Below, piece after piece: positions 22,870 to 39,324 of a stretch of 64,000 bases of DNA (the first letter of the stretch is position 1; every line of letters begins with the position of its first letter). Under the pieces are notes generated by a model. That model ran no database searches and was not told the origin of the DNA. It was given only the letters and a program-made list of their open reading frames with translations. A program made the translations under genes and the position numbers. Source of the DNA: the human T2T-CHM13v2.0 reference genome, Homo sapiens; the NCBI RefSeq assembly GCF_009914755.1, contig NC_060946.1, one strand, 5' to 3'.

Positions 22870-23915
22870 GTGTGTCCTCGCTCCGGGGCGTGGAGACAGC
22901 GGTGGGGAGATCTCTGCTGTGTGTTCCTAGTATACACTGGCTGGGCTGTGTGCTACGTGTACGGCCTGTCCTCGTGGGGTTTACAGTCACAGCCACAGGC
23001 ATGGTCATCTAGCAAAGCTCTGGCAGTGCAGCCTCCCCATTTTCAGGCAGGTCAAAAAAAGGGTTGGGGGAGGTGCATCCTTCGGAATCCAGGCAGTCCT
23101 GGCTGCCCAGCAGGGACCCTTAAACCCCAAGAGGTCCTTCCGCGTCTTCAGCAAAGCCCAGGTGCTGGGAAGGCACCCATGTTTTGAGGACAGGCCTCTA
23201 GGGCTGTGAGGGGAGTGCTCGCCCCGGATCTGGATGGAGTCACTTGCCCCCAGGAGGGAGCTGTCCCCTGGAGGAGTTCTGGCAGGGAGTGGGTGTAGGG
23301 AGAGGGGAGACAGCCGTGTTCACACATGGGTCCTCCTCTTGGGTGAGGCGGGGCAGGCCCCACATGGCGGGAAAGCCGACCTTTGCGCCGTTGTCAATCC
23401 TGCACCTGGACGTTTGTGGGGTGTAGGTGGCCAGCGCTGCTCCAGGGGCCTTGGGAGCCACTTCTTGCCAGAAGCCTGCACAAACTGGCATGGTCAGTCC
23501 TCGTTAGTGGAGTGAGGGCTCTGCTAGACCGCACCGCAGGAGTGCAGGCATCTTGTGTGCACAGCCCCTGCCCACGGGGGCCTGGCACCATACCTGTGCA
23601 TGGGAGGAGCTTGGCAAAGCCTGCAGCGAGTGGGTGGGTGACTCGCTGAGTCTTTTTGCTGATCAATGTGCAGACAAGAGCTTCCTGCAGGAAGGTTGCT
23701 GCGAGGGTGAACTGGCTCATCGTCTGAGGCCCAGCCAGCTCCGCCTCTGTGGGAGCCACTGCTTTCAGCCAGTGGGGTGTACACTGCTGTCTCTCTCATT
23801 CCTCATGCCTCTCAAATCGTGCCATGGTCGGGGCCAGCTCCAGGCCTCCCTGCTTGCAGTCCCCTGTGCCAAGGCTTGGGGCAGGCATCGTAAAACCACT
23901 TCCTCCTGGCTATAG

Positions 23916-24005
23916 GCAGTGGAACAGCTAAATATCAAGGCCAAGAACTTCCGGGACCTGCTGACCGACGAGCCCTTCTCCCGGCAGGACATCATCACCC
24001 TCCAG
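23916..24005 (+). CDS. PPIL2: PPIL2 exon 8 (AVEQLNIKAKNFRDLLTDEPFSRQDIITLQ)
   Basis: tatag| ... CAG|gtgagt; 90 nt. Confidence 0.94.
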
Positions 24006-24660
24006 GTGAGTGTCCCCTGCCTGCCTGCCCCAGCTGCCTTCAGCACCTGCAGCCAGCCCAGGCCTCTACAGGGCCCTACCCCCACGTCAGGGCCCCTCAT
24101 ATCTGTCCTCAAAGCCACCTGAGGCATCTGAATAGCCACTCTGCAGGCCTGGCTCTGCTTCAGCGCCTCGAGGGCAGGAGCTGGCATGAGCTCTGCAAAG
24201 ACCCTGTATCTGGCACAGGGTCCCTGCAGGTGTCAGAGAACCCCAAGTGAATTAATGAAAAACACTGACTTAGAAAAGCAGGTGCTGGCTGGAGCGTGGC
24301 CTGCTGAGTCAATCACCTCTGTGGCTTGTCCCATTCTAACCAGAGGTCGGCCCACGGCTGCCCACGTTCCGGTCCGATAGCTCCCTAACAGCAATGAATG
24401 CTCGTTAGCCATGTGCCTGGAGGAAGGTCACAGCTCAGCCAGCAGCTAGCGAGGCTGCGTCCCCGTCCCTGCCCCTGCCCCTGTTTGCTGCCCTGCCTGG
24501 GGCAGACCACCTCCTCCCTCATGCCCTGCTTGACTCCCCCAACCTCAGTGTAGCCCTGGCCTCTTCCACACCTCTGACAGCTGGCCGTCCTTTGCTGCAT
24601 GTGGCTGCCATTTGGCCGTAGGCTGGGTTCACTCTGCTGGGCATTCTCTTTTTGCCACAG

Positions 24661-24736
24661 GACCCCACCAATTTGGACAAGTTCAATGTCTCTAACTTCT
24701 ATCATGTGAAGAATAACATGAAAATAATAGACCCAG
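24661..24736 (+). CDS. PPIL2: PPIL2 exon 9 (DPTNLDKFNVSNFYHVKNNMKIIDP)
   Basis: ccacag| ... CCAG|gtatgt; 76 nt. Confidence 0.95.
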
Positions 24737-25364
24737 GTATGTACACCTAGGGGCTGGGCTAGGCGAGGGGGCTTTTGGATGAAATTGGGACAGTGCTCCC
24801 TGGGTAAAGCCCCCGCTTTCCTGGAGGTCAGGGGGTCCCAGCCCAGACAGGCCCTGCATTTTCTGAACTAGTGTTCAGAGAATCTGAGCCAACTGCAGCC
24901 TCAGAAACAATGGGCGGGATAGACTTGCTGCCCTGCCAGCACACCTGCTCAGGTTCCCCTGCTCCCTGCAGACTGGCCGGTGCTGTCAGTGGGCAGGTGG
25001 TGGGGTGATGGGGTCCTCCTGTTTCCCTGGCCTCTGGTGGCTGTCCTGCAGCCTTGGAGGAGCCAGCAGGACTCATGTTCAGAGGTCACTCGGCCTTGTG
25101 CTGCAGAGCAGTGGCCTGGGCACTTTGTGAGCATTGTTTGAACGGGTTTTAGGTAGGCTGAGCACGTGAACTGGGGAAGATTTGAGTCAGGAGAGCCTGA
25201 GGTCAGGGTTGGGGCTGGGCCGTGTCTGTGCTCTCTGCACAGGGATGCCGGCCCCTCTCCACAGGGTGGGCTGCTGTCCAAGGCCCAGTAGGCAGCAGGC
25301 ACCCTCCTGAGTCGGCAAGAATGGGTGATTTCACATCTGGAAAGACCCCCAAACACTTCTATTA

Positions 25365-25622
<258 letters not shown>

Positions 25623-26231
25623 CTACAGTGAGCTGAGATCTTGCAACCGCTTTCTAGCTGGGGCGACAGAGCTAGACCCTGTCTCAAAAGGCTGGGCGCG
25701 GTGGGTCACGCCTGTAATCCCAGCACTTTGGGAGGCTGAGGCAGGCGGATCACGAGGTTACAAGATTGTAACACAAAAAAATTAGCCGGGCGTGGTGGCG
25801 GGCGCCTGTAGTCCCAGCTACTCAGGAGGCTGAGGCAGGAGAATGGCGTGAACCTGGGAGGCAGAACTTGCAGTGAGCCGAGATTGCACCACTGCACTCC
25901 AGCCTGGACGATAGAGCGAGACTCCATCTCCACAAAAAAAAAAAAAAAAAAAAAGAAAAAAAAAGCAAAGCGTATACTCTAAAAAGATTAGAATATACAG
26001 ATAAATATAAAATATACAAATCAACCTGAAGTCCATCCTGAGACCCTTGTGAACTGCCTGGGGAGACCTTCAGGCCTGTAGCGGGGCACTGTGGCATTCT
26101 GTGGCTGGCAGTGGCACGGTGCCTGCGCCATGGCTGGACGGCCCTGGGCTATTCTAGATCTGTGTCCCCAGCACGTGTGTGGGGAGGCTACTGGGGGCTC
26201 GGCGGCTCAGGGCCATGCTACTGTTTTGTAG

Positions 26232-26392
26232 ATGAAGAGAAGGCCAAACAGGACCCGTCTTATTATCTGAAAAATACAAATGCCGAGACCCGAGAGACCC
26301 TGCAGGAGCTCTACAAGGAGTTCAAAGGGGACGAGATTCTGGCAGCCACCATGAAGGCCCCGGAGAAGAAGAAAGTGGACAAGCTGAACGCT
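26232..26392 (+). CDS. PPIL2: PPIL2 exon 10 (DEEKAKQDPSYYLKN...KKVDKLNA)
   Basis: ttgtag| ... GCT|gtgagt; 161 nt; within ORF 26111..26593. Confidence 0.95.
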
Positions 26393-27961
26393 GTGAGTGG
26401 CGGAGGGCACTCGGCCAAGCCCAAGCCCCGTCTTCCTGCCCATCTCATGGCCTCTTGGAGTGGTCCTGGGAAAGGGGCTCATGGGGGCCTGGGATACACG
26501 GCAGGGAGGCAGCCAGGATCCCCCAGAGCTGTGGTGCCCCTGATGGCTCTGAGTGCACAGCCCTGGGGCTGCCCTGAGGCAGATAGAATCTGAGAAGGCA
26601 GAAGGGGAGGGGCTGATGTCCACACTGGTCGTTGAAGAACCAAGGGGTGTGTGGGGGCATGTAGGGGAGATCCCTGCCACAGAAGGTCTGCCTTGTGCTG
26701 TGGTCCCAGCCTGAGCTCAGTAGCCAGGGCAGGCACGTTGAGCGGGCACATGTGGTTCTGTGGTGGCTGGGAGGGCAGGGCCCGATGTGCACTGGGGCCC
26801 AAAGCCATGCCAGGGAGAGTTGGGGCGTTTCATGGTCTGCTGCGGTGCTGAGGTGGATGGCATGCCTGGGACTGCACGGTGCCACCTGTCTGGGGCTGTC
26901 GTGTTTGCTTCTTCCTCCTGTCAGGCAGAGCATGGGGATCTGGAGCTAGGGGGAGGGCAGAGACATGGGCAGGTAGCTCTGAAGTTCTCCTTCTTAAAGA
27001 ATTATTCAAATTCTGGAAAATTTGAAAAAGAAAGCTTGTTGTCCAGTGTGTCCCTCCGTCTAACACACTGCCCTTAGCACTTTGATATATTACTTTTTTT
27101 TTTCTTTTGGAAACAGGATCTTGCTATGTTGTCTAAGCTGGTCTTGAATTCCTGGCTTCAAGTGAGAGCCTCCTGCCTTGGCCTCCGAAAGTGCTGGAAT
27201 TACAGGTGTGAGCCACTGTGCCTGGCTTGTATTTTCTTCTGATGGGAGAAACCCCTTTTTCTTCCTCTATGATAAAAAATAACATTTATTGGGGCTTTTC
27301 CCCGACCCCTGATTAAATATGTAATGTGTTTAGTGTAGAAAGTTTGAAACTTTTAAAAAGAAATGAGGCCAGGCGTGGTGGCTCACACCTGTAATCCCAG
27401 CATTTTGGGAGGCTGAGGCAGGAGGATTGCTTGAGGCCAGGAGATCAAGACTAGGTTAGACAACATAGTGAGACCTTATCTCTACAAAAAATCAGCCAGG
27501 CGTGGTGGCATGCGCCTGTCGTCCCAGCTACTCAGGAGGCTGAGGTCGGAGGGTCACTTGAGCCCAGGAGTTGGAGGCTGCAGTGCACCAGGATCACACG
27601 CCACTGCACTCCAGCCTGGGTACAGAGCAAGACCTTGTCTCATAAAAAAATTAAAATAAAAATAAATGAGAAGTCAGCCATACACTCCTAACCCTGAGGT
27701 GGCCAGTCCTGTGTGGTATTTTATCTCCAGGGTTTCACCTGATATCATAAGAGTCGGGATCCAGTGGAGGCCAGGGGACCCTGGCTTGGCCTAGCCTTGG
27801 CTTCTTCCTCCTGCTGGTTGGGGAGGCCCTCCTGGAGGAGAGGCACCAAGCAGGGCCTGGGGGGCAGGGGTGGCGTGTGGTTGGCTTCTAGGCAAGCGAC
27901 ACGTCCCCACCCAACTGCCTCCCATGGCACTGCTGAGGTGCCACCCTGGTTTCCTTGGCAG

Positions 27962-28037
27962 GCCCACTATTCCACAGGGAAGGTCAGCGCTTCCTTCACC
28001 TCCACCGCGATGGTCCCGGAGACCACACATGAAGCAG
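27962..28037 (+). CDS. PPIL2: PPIL2 exon 11 (AHYSTGKVSASFTSTAMVPETTHEA)
   Basis: ttggcag| ... CAG|gtagcc; 76 nt. Confidence 0.94.
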
Positions 28038-28370
28038 GTAGCCACCTTGGCCTCTGTAGCCACCTGCCATGTGACCCAAAAGTGGCAGGGGGTGGGTGTG
28101 CTCCCCGACTCCCACTTTATTGGTCTGTCAGGGGCTCCCACTGTCACCTGAGCCCCTAGTCCTCCCCCTCTTAGCTGCTGAACCCCTGCCAGCCCCATGA
28201 GGCTGGGGTGAGCCTGTGCGTGGCCTAAGCAGACCCTCGGCCTCCAGCTCCCCTGCTCTCCCCAGAGCTGGAGCCTAGTCCCCGCCTGTGTGTCTGAGGT
28301 CGGTGCTGCCTGGCATGGTGGGGCTGCCCCAGGGTGAGGGCAGGGGCTGAGCTGGGACCTTGGCTTGTAG

Positions 28371-28477
28371 CTGCCATCGACGAGGATGTGCTGCGCTACC
28401 AGTTTGTGAAGAAGAAGGGCTACGTGCGGCTGCACACCAACAAGGGCGACCTCAACCTGGAGCTGCACTGCGACCTG
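28371..28477 (+). CDS. PPIL2: PPIL2 exon 12 (AAIDEDVLRYQFVKKKGYVRLHTNKGDLNLELHCDL), start of cyclophilin domain
   Basis: ttgtag| ... CTG|gtgggt; 107 nt. Confidence 0.95.
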
Positions 28478-28823
28478 GTGGGTGTGGAGGCCAGCCACTC
28501 CCCATGCCCCAAGGTCATCTCTGGGTCATCTGACAGCCATGTCTTAAATATAGGGCTGCCACTGGTATGTGCTTGTTGTAGGAAATTCAGCCTGTCACTA
28601 GGCGGGACCCGCAGCAGTGCCCTGTGTTCTTCCTAGGGGGCCGCGTTGGCAGCATGGCCTGCGCACAGGTGCCAGTGTCTCAGAGAAGGGGCCAAGCCGC
28701 ACCTGCTGCTCTGCCCACACTTCTCCCATGCGCTGTACTCTGGGCCGTGCGGCTGCACGGGTCCTGTTGCTTAATGTTGTGGGTCCATCCGTGCCCAGTG
28801 TGGCTGGGCAGCTGACTCTGCTA

Positions 28824-29027
<204 letters not shown>

Positions 29028-29121
29028 TCAAAAAAAAAAAAAAAAAAAAAGCCTCCTGTGGCTGTGGTGAGCTGCCTTTGGCAGCTCTCTGCTTCATACA
29101 AGTATTGGGGCTATGTTGCAG

Positions 29122-29211
29122 ACACCAAAAACCTGCGAAAACTTCATCAGGCTTTGCAAGAAGCATTATTACGATGGCACCATCTTCCACAGATCCATCC
29201 GGAACTTTGTG
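29122..29211 (+). CDS. PPIL2: PPIL2 exon 13 ([30 protein letters not shown])
   Basis: Cyclophilin PKTxENF...FHRxI motif; ttgcag| ... GTG|gtgagt; 90 nt. Confidence 0.96.
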
Positions 29212-29551
29212 GTGAGTGACGAGAGTCACTGGCTGCACAGATGAGCTTGGTGGGACATCGGGGGCTGGGTGGGCTTGTCCCTGCCCCATCCCAGGGCCCT
29301 GGCCCATCCCACGGTGGCCAGGATGAGTCCAGTTGGTGATCCTCTGTTGGGGAACCCATAGACTGACCCTTGAGGCCCCAGCCCATCCAGAACTGGGTTC
29401 ACAAAGGGAGGTGGCTGGGAGGGCCCCTCATTATCACCAAGAGCCCAGCCCCTGTGTGGAGCCATCTGGCAGGAGGGGTGTCCTTCAGTCAGGCAGGCGG
29501 TGGGCCTCGGGTCTCAGAGTGTGACTTGCTCACTGGCTTTTGTTTTCACAG

Positions 29552-29585
29552 ATCCAAGGGGGCGACCCCACAGGCACAGGCACGG
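29552..29585 (+). CDS. PPIL2: PPIL2 exon 14 (IQGGDPTGTGT)
   Basis: Cyclophilin QGGDP motif; tcacag| ... ACGG|gtaggt; 34 nt. Confidence 0.96.
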
Positions 29586-30210
29586 GTAGGTACTGGTGCT
29601 GGGCCCCTCTCTGGGCACTTTGGCTGCTCCGTGGGGCATGAGGGGGTAGCTGGGCAGGGGTTGTGCACAGCTCAGACATGGAATCTGCTAGACCAGGGTG
29701 GAACGACTGGCAGCCATCAGTGCTGTGCCCCCTCAGGCCTGGCCCTCAGTTTTCTCATTTCCAGGTGGCTGTGAGGCCTGCATGGTAGAGGAGGCAAGAG
29801 TGTGTGGTCTCTTCCCTGGGCCCCTGGGGTCTGCCTCAGACTGAGGCCAGCCCTCCCTCCTGCAGCCTCTCCAAGCCCCTCAGCCTGGCAGCTGCTTGGG
29901 TCCAGATCCCCCAACCTCTGTATTCCCATAGCTTGAGTGATGATGATGGTGGCCTTGACTCTTTAATCCCTGTCCCGGGGCAGGCCCCAGGCGGGGCTGG
30001 GGTGAGTGGGCAGCAGCCTGCCTGTTTGGAGGCGTGGGGGCTCCAAGGGACCCAGGAGTTGGTGGCGTGGGGCTGGGAGCCTCCCTATCAAGTGCCCCTG
30101 CCCCAGGCTGGGCTCAGCAAGGCCCTGATGCCCCTCGGGACTCTGAGGTTTCTAGTTCTGCCTCGGCTGGGGCCCAGGCTTTCCTGCTCCCATGGGCCTT
30201 TCTCTTCCAG

Positions 30211-30328
30211 GTGGGGAGTCATACTGGGGGAAGCCCTTCAAAGACGAGTTCCGGCCCAACCTCTCGCACACGGGCCGCGGCATCCTCAGCATGGCCAACT
30301 CCGGGCCCAACAGCAACAGGTCTCAATT
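30211..30328 (+). CDS. PPIL2: PPIL2 exon 15 ([40 protein letters not shown])
   Basis: Cyclophilin LSMANxGPNxNxSQF motif; 118 nt; canonical splice sites. Confidence 0.96.
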
Positions 30329-30919
30329 GTGAGTCAGCTGGGCTTGCTGGGGTGGCCTGGGAGGTGAGCCGGCACTCTCTGCGGGTTCTTCCTCTTGGCC
30401 CTCTCTGAAGGGTGTGCTGGTTCTGAATCATACCCAGACGGTGTACGGCACACCTAGGCCAAGCATGTGCACCTGCGTTCAAAAGGGGGTCCCCAGAGTG
30501 AGTCAGCAGGGAGAGCTGCCCGCACCGGGTGTGTCCTCGAGAGACCAGAAGTCGGGAATTACTGGAGGTCCAGAAGGGCTTCTTGACAGGGACCAGGCAT
30601 TCGTGTGGGTGCCTGTGGCCAGGCAGTGCTGGGGGAGGTCAGCGTGTGGGAGGGGTTGTGCAGGGCACAGGCTGCACAGGGAGAGGCGCCTGGAGAGACA
30701 CAGGAGGTCTGGCCCTGGTGCATGTGGGGAGCAGTGTGCAGTCTGGTGGCAGGAGGCAGGGGATGGGGGGCCAGCAGGGCCATGCGCACAGGGGCCGGAT
30801 GCCTGTATTGTGGAAGAACAGAGGTGCCCTTTCCATCCCCAGACAGTGGCCTGATGTTATGTTTCAGTCTTTCAATCGTTTTCTTCACATGGGTCCTGTG
30901 ACTTCCGGGATAAAGCAAC

Positions 30920-34830
<3,911 letters not shown>

Positions 34831-35293
34831 GAGCATTTTCTTAGTCCATGTTTATTTATGTTACCCACGTTTCTTAATCCCTTGACTCCTGTTCTGGCTT
34901 TGTTGCCTCCTTTCTCCTCAGTCCTTCAACAGGTCCCTTGATGACATGGGGCTGGCTCTGGTTTTCCAGGTGTCCCCTCGTCCCAGCCACCTCCCACAGA
35001 GCTGCATGGCCAACCTGGTTCTGGGCACAGGGACCACCTGACAGGCAGTGGGCAGCAGCCGGGGCAGCAGGAAGACCTGGGGACAGCTGGAGTTCCGGGG
35101 TCCCCTGGGCAGCCTTGGGGGCTAATGACCTGCCCTGGTGGGCAGCGCAGGGAACCACGTGCACACATGCGTCCGTGGAAGCTGCAGGTTCCCAGAGCTG
35201 GCTGTAGAGGGTGGGCAGCTCCTGGTGTGCTCTTAGGCAGGCCAGGTGCAGAAGGTGCCATGCTCTCCCTAACCATCCAGCCCTCCTCCCCAG

Positions 35294-35350
35294 CTTCATC
35301 ACGTTTCGCTCCTGTGCCTACCTGGACAAGAAGCATACCATCTTTGGACG
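35294..35350 (+). CDS. PPIL2: PPIL2 exon 16 (FITFRSCAYLDKKHTIFGR)
   Basis: Cyclophilin LDxKHTxFG motif; ccccag| ... CG|gtaagg; 57 nt. Confidence 0.96.
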
Positions 35351-36070
35351 GTAAGGGAAGCGGCTGTGTGAAGCCTGGGGGGTCAGTGGGCTAGGTGGGT
35401 TCCTTCCCCACCTGAGGCCTCCTCACTGCCTTTTTCGTGGACCTGAGTCATGTGCCATGCTGGCCATCACTGCTGGGGGTTGAGGCTATGCAGAGCTGCG
35501 ATGGAGGGTGCTCCATGTGCCAGGGAAGTCTGGCTCTCTAGACCCACCGGGCTCAGGAGAGGAGGAAACTCGCCCATGTGGCCTGGACACTGCCCTGTCT
35601 CAGACCCAGTGGCGCGCCACTCGCAAGCCTGGCCACACCCAGCTCCCTTCACCCTCTAGTCCAGGGGTCTTTCCAGCGTTGTGGGCCACGTGGTCTCTGA
35701 CGCCCACCCAGCTGTGTGGAAGCAGCACGAAACAGGGTGGACGCAGGTGATGTGGTTCTGGCCAAGTGGAACTCTGTTTACCAAACCAGCGGGGAGAGCA
35801 CAAGCCACGTTTTGTGACTCCTATTTTTCCTGTGGGTGGGGGAAACCAAAAAAAAAACAAAAACAGAAAAAAACCCAGCTGGATATGCCCAGGGCCATGG
35901 TCAGCCGACCCCGCCCTTGCCACTCCCTCTCATCGCCTTCCTGGCTGCTGCCCAAGGAGCACCAGGCCAGCCTCGGGGCTCTCAACCCCTCTTCCCACGT
36001 GCCTTGGGGCTCAGCCGTGGGGGTGCCCTCCTTGAGCACACGCAGACCCACCTCTGTCTCCCTGCTGCAG

Positions 36071-36143
36071 GGTTGTTGGGGGCTTTGACGTACTGACAGC
36101 CATGGAGAATGTGGAGAGTGACCCCAAAACTGACCGCCCTAAG
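36071..36143 (+). CDS. PPIL2: PPIL2 exon 17 (VVGGFDVLTAMENVESDPKTDRPK)
   Basis: ctgcag| ... AAG|gtctgt; 73 nt. Confidence 0.95.
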
Positions 36144-36232
36144 GTCTGTGCCCAGGGAGGTGGGGCGTGGCGGCTGGGGGCCAGGCAGGCAGGGGGAGGA
36201 CCTGCCGTGCACTGAGCCCCCTTTGCTGCTAG

Positions 36233-36295
36233 GAGGAGATCCGCATTGATGCCACTACAGTGTTCGTGGACCCCTATGAGGAGGCCGATGCCCAG
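36233..36295 (+). CDS. PPIL2: PPIL2 exon 18 (EEIRIDATTVFVDPYEEADAQ)
   Basis: gctag| ... CAG|gtgagg; 63 nt. Confidence 0.95.
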
Positions 36296-36414
36296 GTGAG
36301 GGGGCACGATGCCACCACCTAGGAGGGTCTGGGCTAGTGCACTTTTCCACCCCAAGCCTAGCATCTGTCCTGCCCGAGGTGCTGCCGGTTAGCCAGCGCC
36401 CTGTTGTGCCACAG

Positions 36415-36548
36415 ATTGCGCAGGAGCGGAAGACACAGCTCAAGGTAGCCCCGGAGACCAAAGTGAAGAGCAGCCAGCCCCAGGCAGGGAGCCAGGGCCC
36501 CCAGACCTTCCGCCAGGGCGTGGGCAAGTACATCAACCCAGCAGCCAC
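36415..36548 (+). CDS. PPIL2: PPIL2 exon 19 (IAQERKTQLK...GKYINPAAT)
   Basis: ccacag| ... AC|gtgagt; 134 nt. Confidence 0.95.
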
Positions 36549-36871
36549 GTGAGTGCCGCGGGGCTGGCCTCCCTGTTTCCCATGGTGTTTCCTAGGGCTG
36601 ACTGAGGTCTGAGGGTCAGACCCAGAGGGGCAAGCAAGCTATGGGCACTGGTCCCGGCCGTGGGCTTGTGCTGTGTGGCCTCTGCAGCCGAGGGACTGCC
36701 TCTGAAGGCCTGGCCGGGGCCTCTGTGGGTGGAAGAGATCAAATTCAGGGGGATGTGGGAGCAGCAGGTGGGAGGGGTTGGGCCTACACCGGGAGGGCTG
36801 TATGGAGACACAGACAAGTCAGGAGGGGCTGAGGGAGGGTGTGGGCTCCCAGCGGCTTCTTCTCTTCCCAG

Positions 36872-36968
36872 GAAGCGAGCAGCAGAGGAAGAGCCCTCAA
36901 CCAGTGCCACTGTCCCCATGTCCAAGAAGAAGCCCAGTCGGGGTTTTGGGGACTTCAGCTCCTGGTAG
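36872..36968 (+). CDS. PPIL2: PPIL2 exon 20 coding part (KRAAEEEPSTSATVPMSKKKPSRGFGDFSSW*)
   Basis: ttcccag|; TAG at 36966-36968. Exons sum to 1563 nt = 520 aa plus stop. Confidence 0.95.
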
Positions 36969-37069
36969 CAGCAGGTTGGCCGCTGTGGACCTTGGTGGGG
37001 TTGCAGGGCTGGGGGCCCATGTCCACATCTCCATTTCCAGCCTTTCTAGCCTGCCCTCTGCTGCCAGCC

Positions 37070-37075
37070 AATAAA
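37070..37075 (+). terminator. PPIL2: PPIL2 proximal poly(A) signal AATAAA
   Basis: Canonical hexamer about 100 nt after the stop codon. Confidence 0.65.
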
Positions 37076-37264
37076 TTGCTTGCCTGCTGCCTGCATCCCC
37101 TTTCCTGGCCCCTGGGAGCCCACAGCCTTCCCATCCCTTAACCTGTTGCCAAGGGCCTTGGCCCTGTTTCCAGGACCTGGCCCAGCCAGAGCCCACTGCT
37201 GGGACCTTCAAGCACAAGGCCTGCCCTACACCCAGGCTGGTGCCTCAGGCCTCTCCTCTAGTAG

Positions 37265-37627
<363 letters not shown>

Positions 37628-38362
37628 TGACAAAACTTCAGGGGCTTCTGAAGGCTGGTGTTGGACGGCAGCATTGAGTTTCCTGCCGTGCCCTGCCTGA
37701 GCTCTCAGGGCCCTGCTCACCTGCTCTGGCTGTGAACCACCTGGGCTTCATCTCAAGCCTGCCTGGCGTCTCTGTGCCCCTGTGAGAATCTTGAGGGGAC
37801 CCACACTGGGTTGAGGCCAGTGTCTCCTGCTGTGAGAACAAGTGGATGTCCCTCTCCCCGCCCTCCTGCTGAAGTGGCCTTGCTGCTCTCAGGCCCGGCC
37901 ACTGGGCTCCAAGACACTGCTCCTCCTGTCAGTCACTGACTCTGATGGCCTTGGGCCGGCTGCATCAGCAGCCCTTAAAGAAAGACCCCTCCCTCAACCC
38001 CCATTTTTCTGTTAAATGTGCCCCTGGCTGGCTTTTTCTTCGTCTTCAGCCCAGGCCAGTGGTCAGTGTTCTCATGTCATGGACTCTCCTTGCCTGACAC
38101 TTGCCTCTTGGGCTCCCTGTTGCCCTCAGGCCACCCCCCACTTCTAGTTCTTCACACTAAGCCCTAACTTAGGCCTTGTTCTTGGTTTTCTCATTTTTGT
38201 TGCCCCAAATCTTGAACCTGTCAGCAACTTGCAGGCTGTACCTCTGCCCTTCCTTTTCTCATCAATCACTGATGCTGAAGCTGCAGGCCTGAGCCCTTTG
38301 TCTCCCTGGATGCTGGGTGGCGCCTCATCTGCATCTCTGCCTCACCCCATCCACTGCCACAG

Positions 38363-38381
38363 GCTGCCTGATGACCACTAG
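38363..38381 (+). CDS. PPIL2: PPIL2 alternative terminal coding segment (R-LPDDH*), 527-aa variant
   Basis: Reached via alternative acceptor AAG|36876, donor CAG|gttggc at 36974 and acceptor ccacag|38363. Total 1584 nt = 527 aa plus stop; matches the recalled second isoform ending SSRLPDDH. Confidence 0.75.
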
Positions 38382-39036
38382 AGGTATGTCTGCCCCTCGT
38401 CACCCTGCTGCACACCAATCTGTGGCCCTTCATCATGCTAAGAACAAGAACTGCGCCATGGCTGGCTCCTTCTCTTCTCCAGCCCATCCCTCTGCAGCCT
38501 GTCATCCCTGTCTGTGACCATTGGTCGGGCCCCTGGGCTCTAGAGTGACTTTTGACGCCCTCCATCCCTCCCGCCAGGCACTGTCCTCCGCAAGGCCTGG
38601 TGCAGCCCTGGCAGTAACTGGCTTGTAAGAGGCTCAGACACCAAGCTGGGCCTGCAGAGGAGGGGCACAGTAGGACACAGTGACTGCCCAGGTGTCCACA
38701 CACCTGTAGGCCTCTGAGCCAGCGTCCAGGGTACAGGTGCGGGTGGTGGGGATGAAGGCCTGACCAGGGAGGGAGAAGCAGGTTTGGAGAGGACCCTGTG
38801 CCCACCCTGACAGACACCCTGGCTGGCCCTGACTGACTGTATTCTCTGGCCACATTCAAGTCCCCCATTGGTGGGGGCAGAGAAGTAGGACCAGGCCGTC
38901 CTTGGCTCCAGAGCTCGAAGACCCCAAGACAGCCCTCTGCTCTCAGCGGCGCCACAGAGAGCCTGGGCTCAGCCTTCTGCATCAGGACATGGCCTCGTCC
39001 ACTGAGGGCACGATTTAAACATTTGACATCAGAAGC

Positions 39037-39042
39037 TTTATT
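39037..39042 (-). terminator. YPEL1: YPEL1 distal poly(A) signal (AATAAA on - strand)
   Basis: TTTATT on + strand; a second copy at 39546-39551. Confidence 0.65.
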
Positions 39043-39318
39043 TGTAAACCTCACACAGATAAGGACCAAGGGCTGGCGGTGTGGCCAGAGGACAGGGGAA
39101 GCTGAAGGCCCCGTGCTTGAGCTCGGCAGTCCTGCTCCTTGCAGTGAAGCCACCATGGGTGACCGTCCAGCCTCACCCGGTGGCCTGCACAGTGAGGGAA
39201 GGGCTTCAGGGCCATCTGCTCCCAGGGCAGGGGACAGGCCACCAAGGACCTTTGGCAAATGAAGGTTTACATTTCTGTAGTTTGTTTGTTTTAGAGCTTA
39301 ATTTGTAGTTTTTTAGCT

Positions 39319-39324
39319 ATTAAA
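39319..39324 (+). terminator. PPIL2: PPIL2 distal poly(A) signal ATTAAA (further AATAAA at 40977 and 41471)
   Basis: Hexamer in U-rich context with upstream TGTA motifs. Confidence 0.6.

Noticed and set aside
27791-28498. 235-aa minus-strand ORF
   Set aside because: Antisense shadow of PPIL2 exons 11-12 and GC-rich intron.
38266-39258. 330-aa minus-strand ORF, the longest in the track
   Set aside because: Non-ATG start, GC-rich low-information composition, no recognisable domain; antisense to the PPIL2 3' UTR and crosses the YPEL1 poly(A) site.
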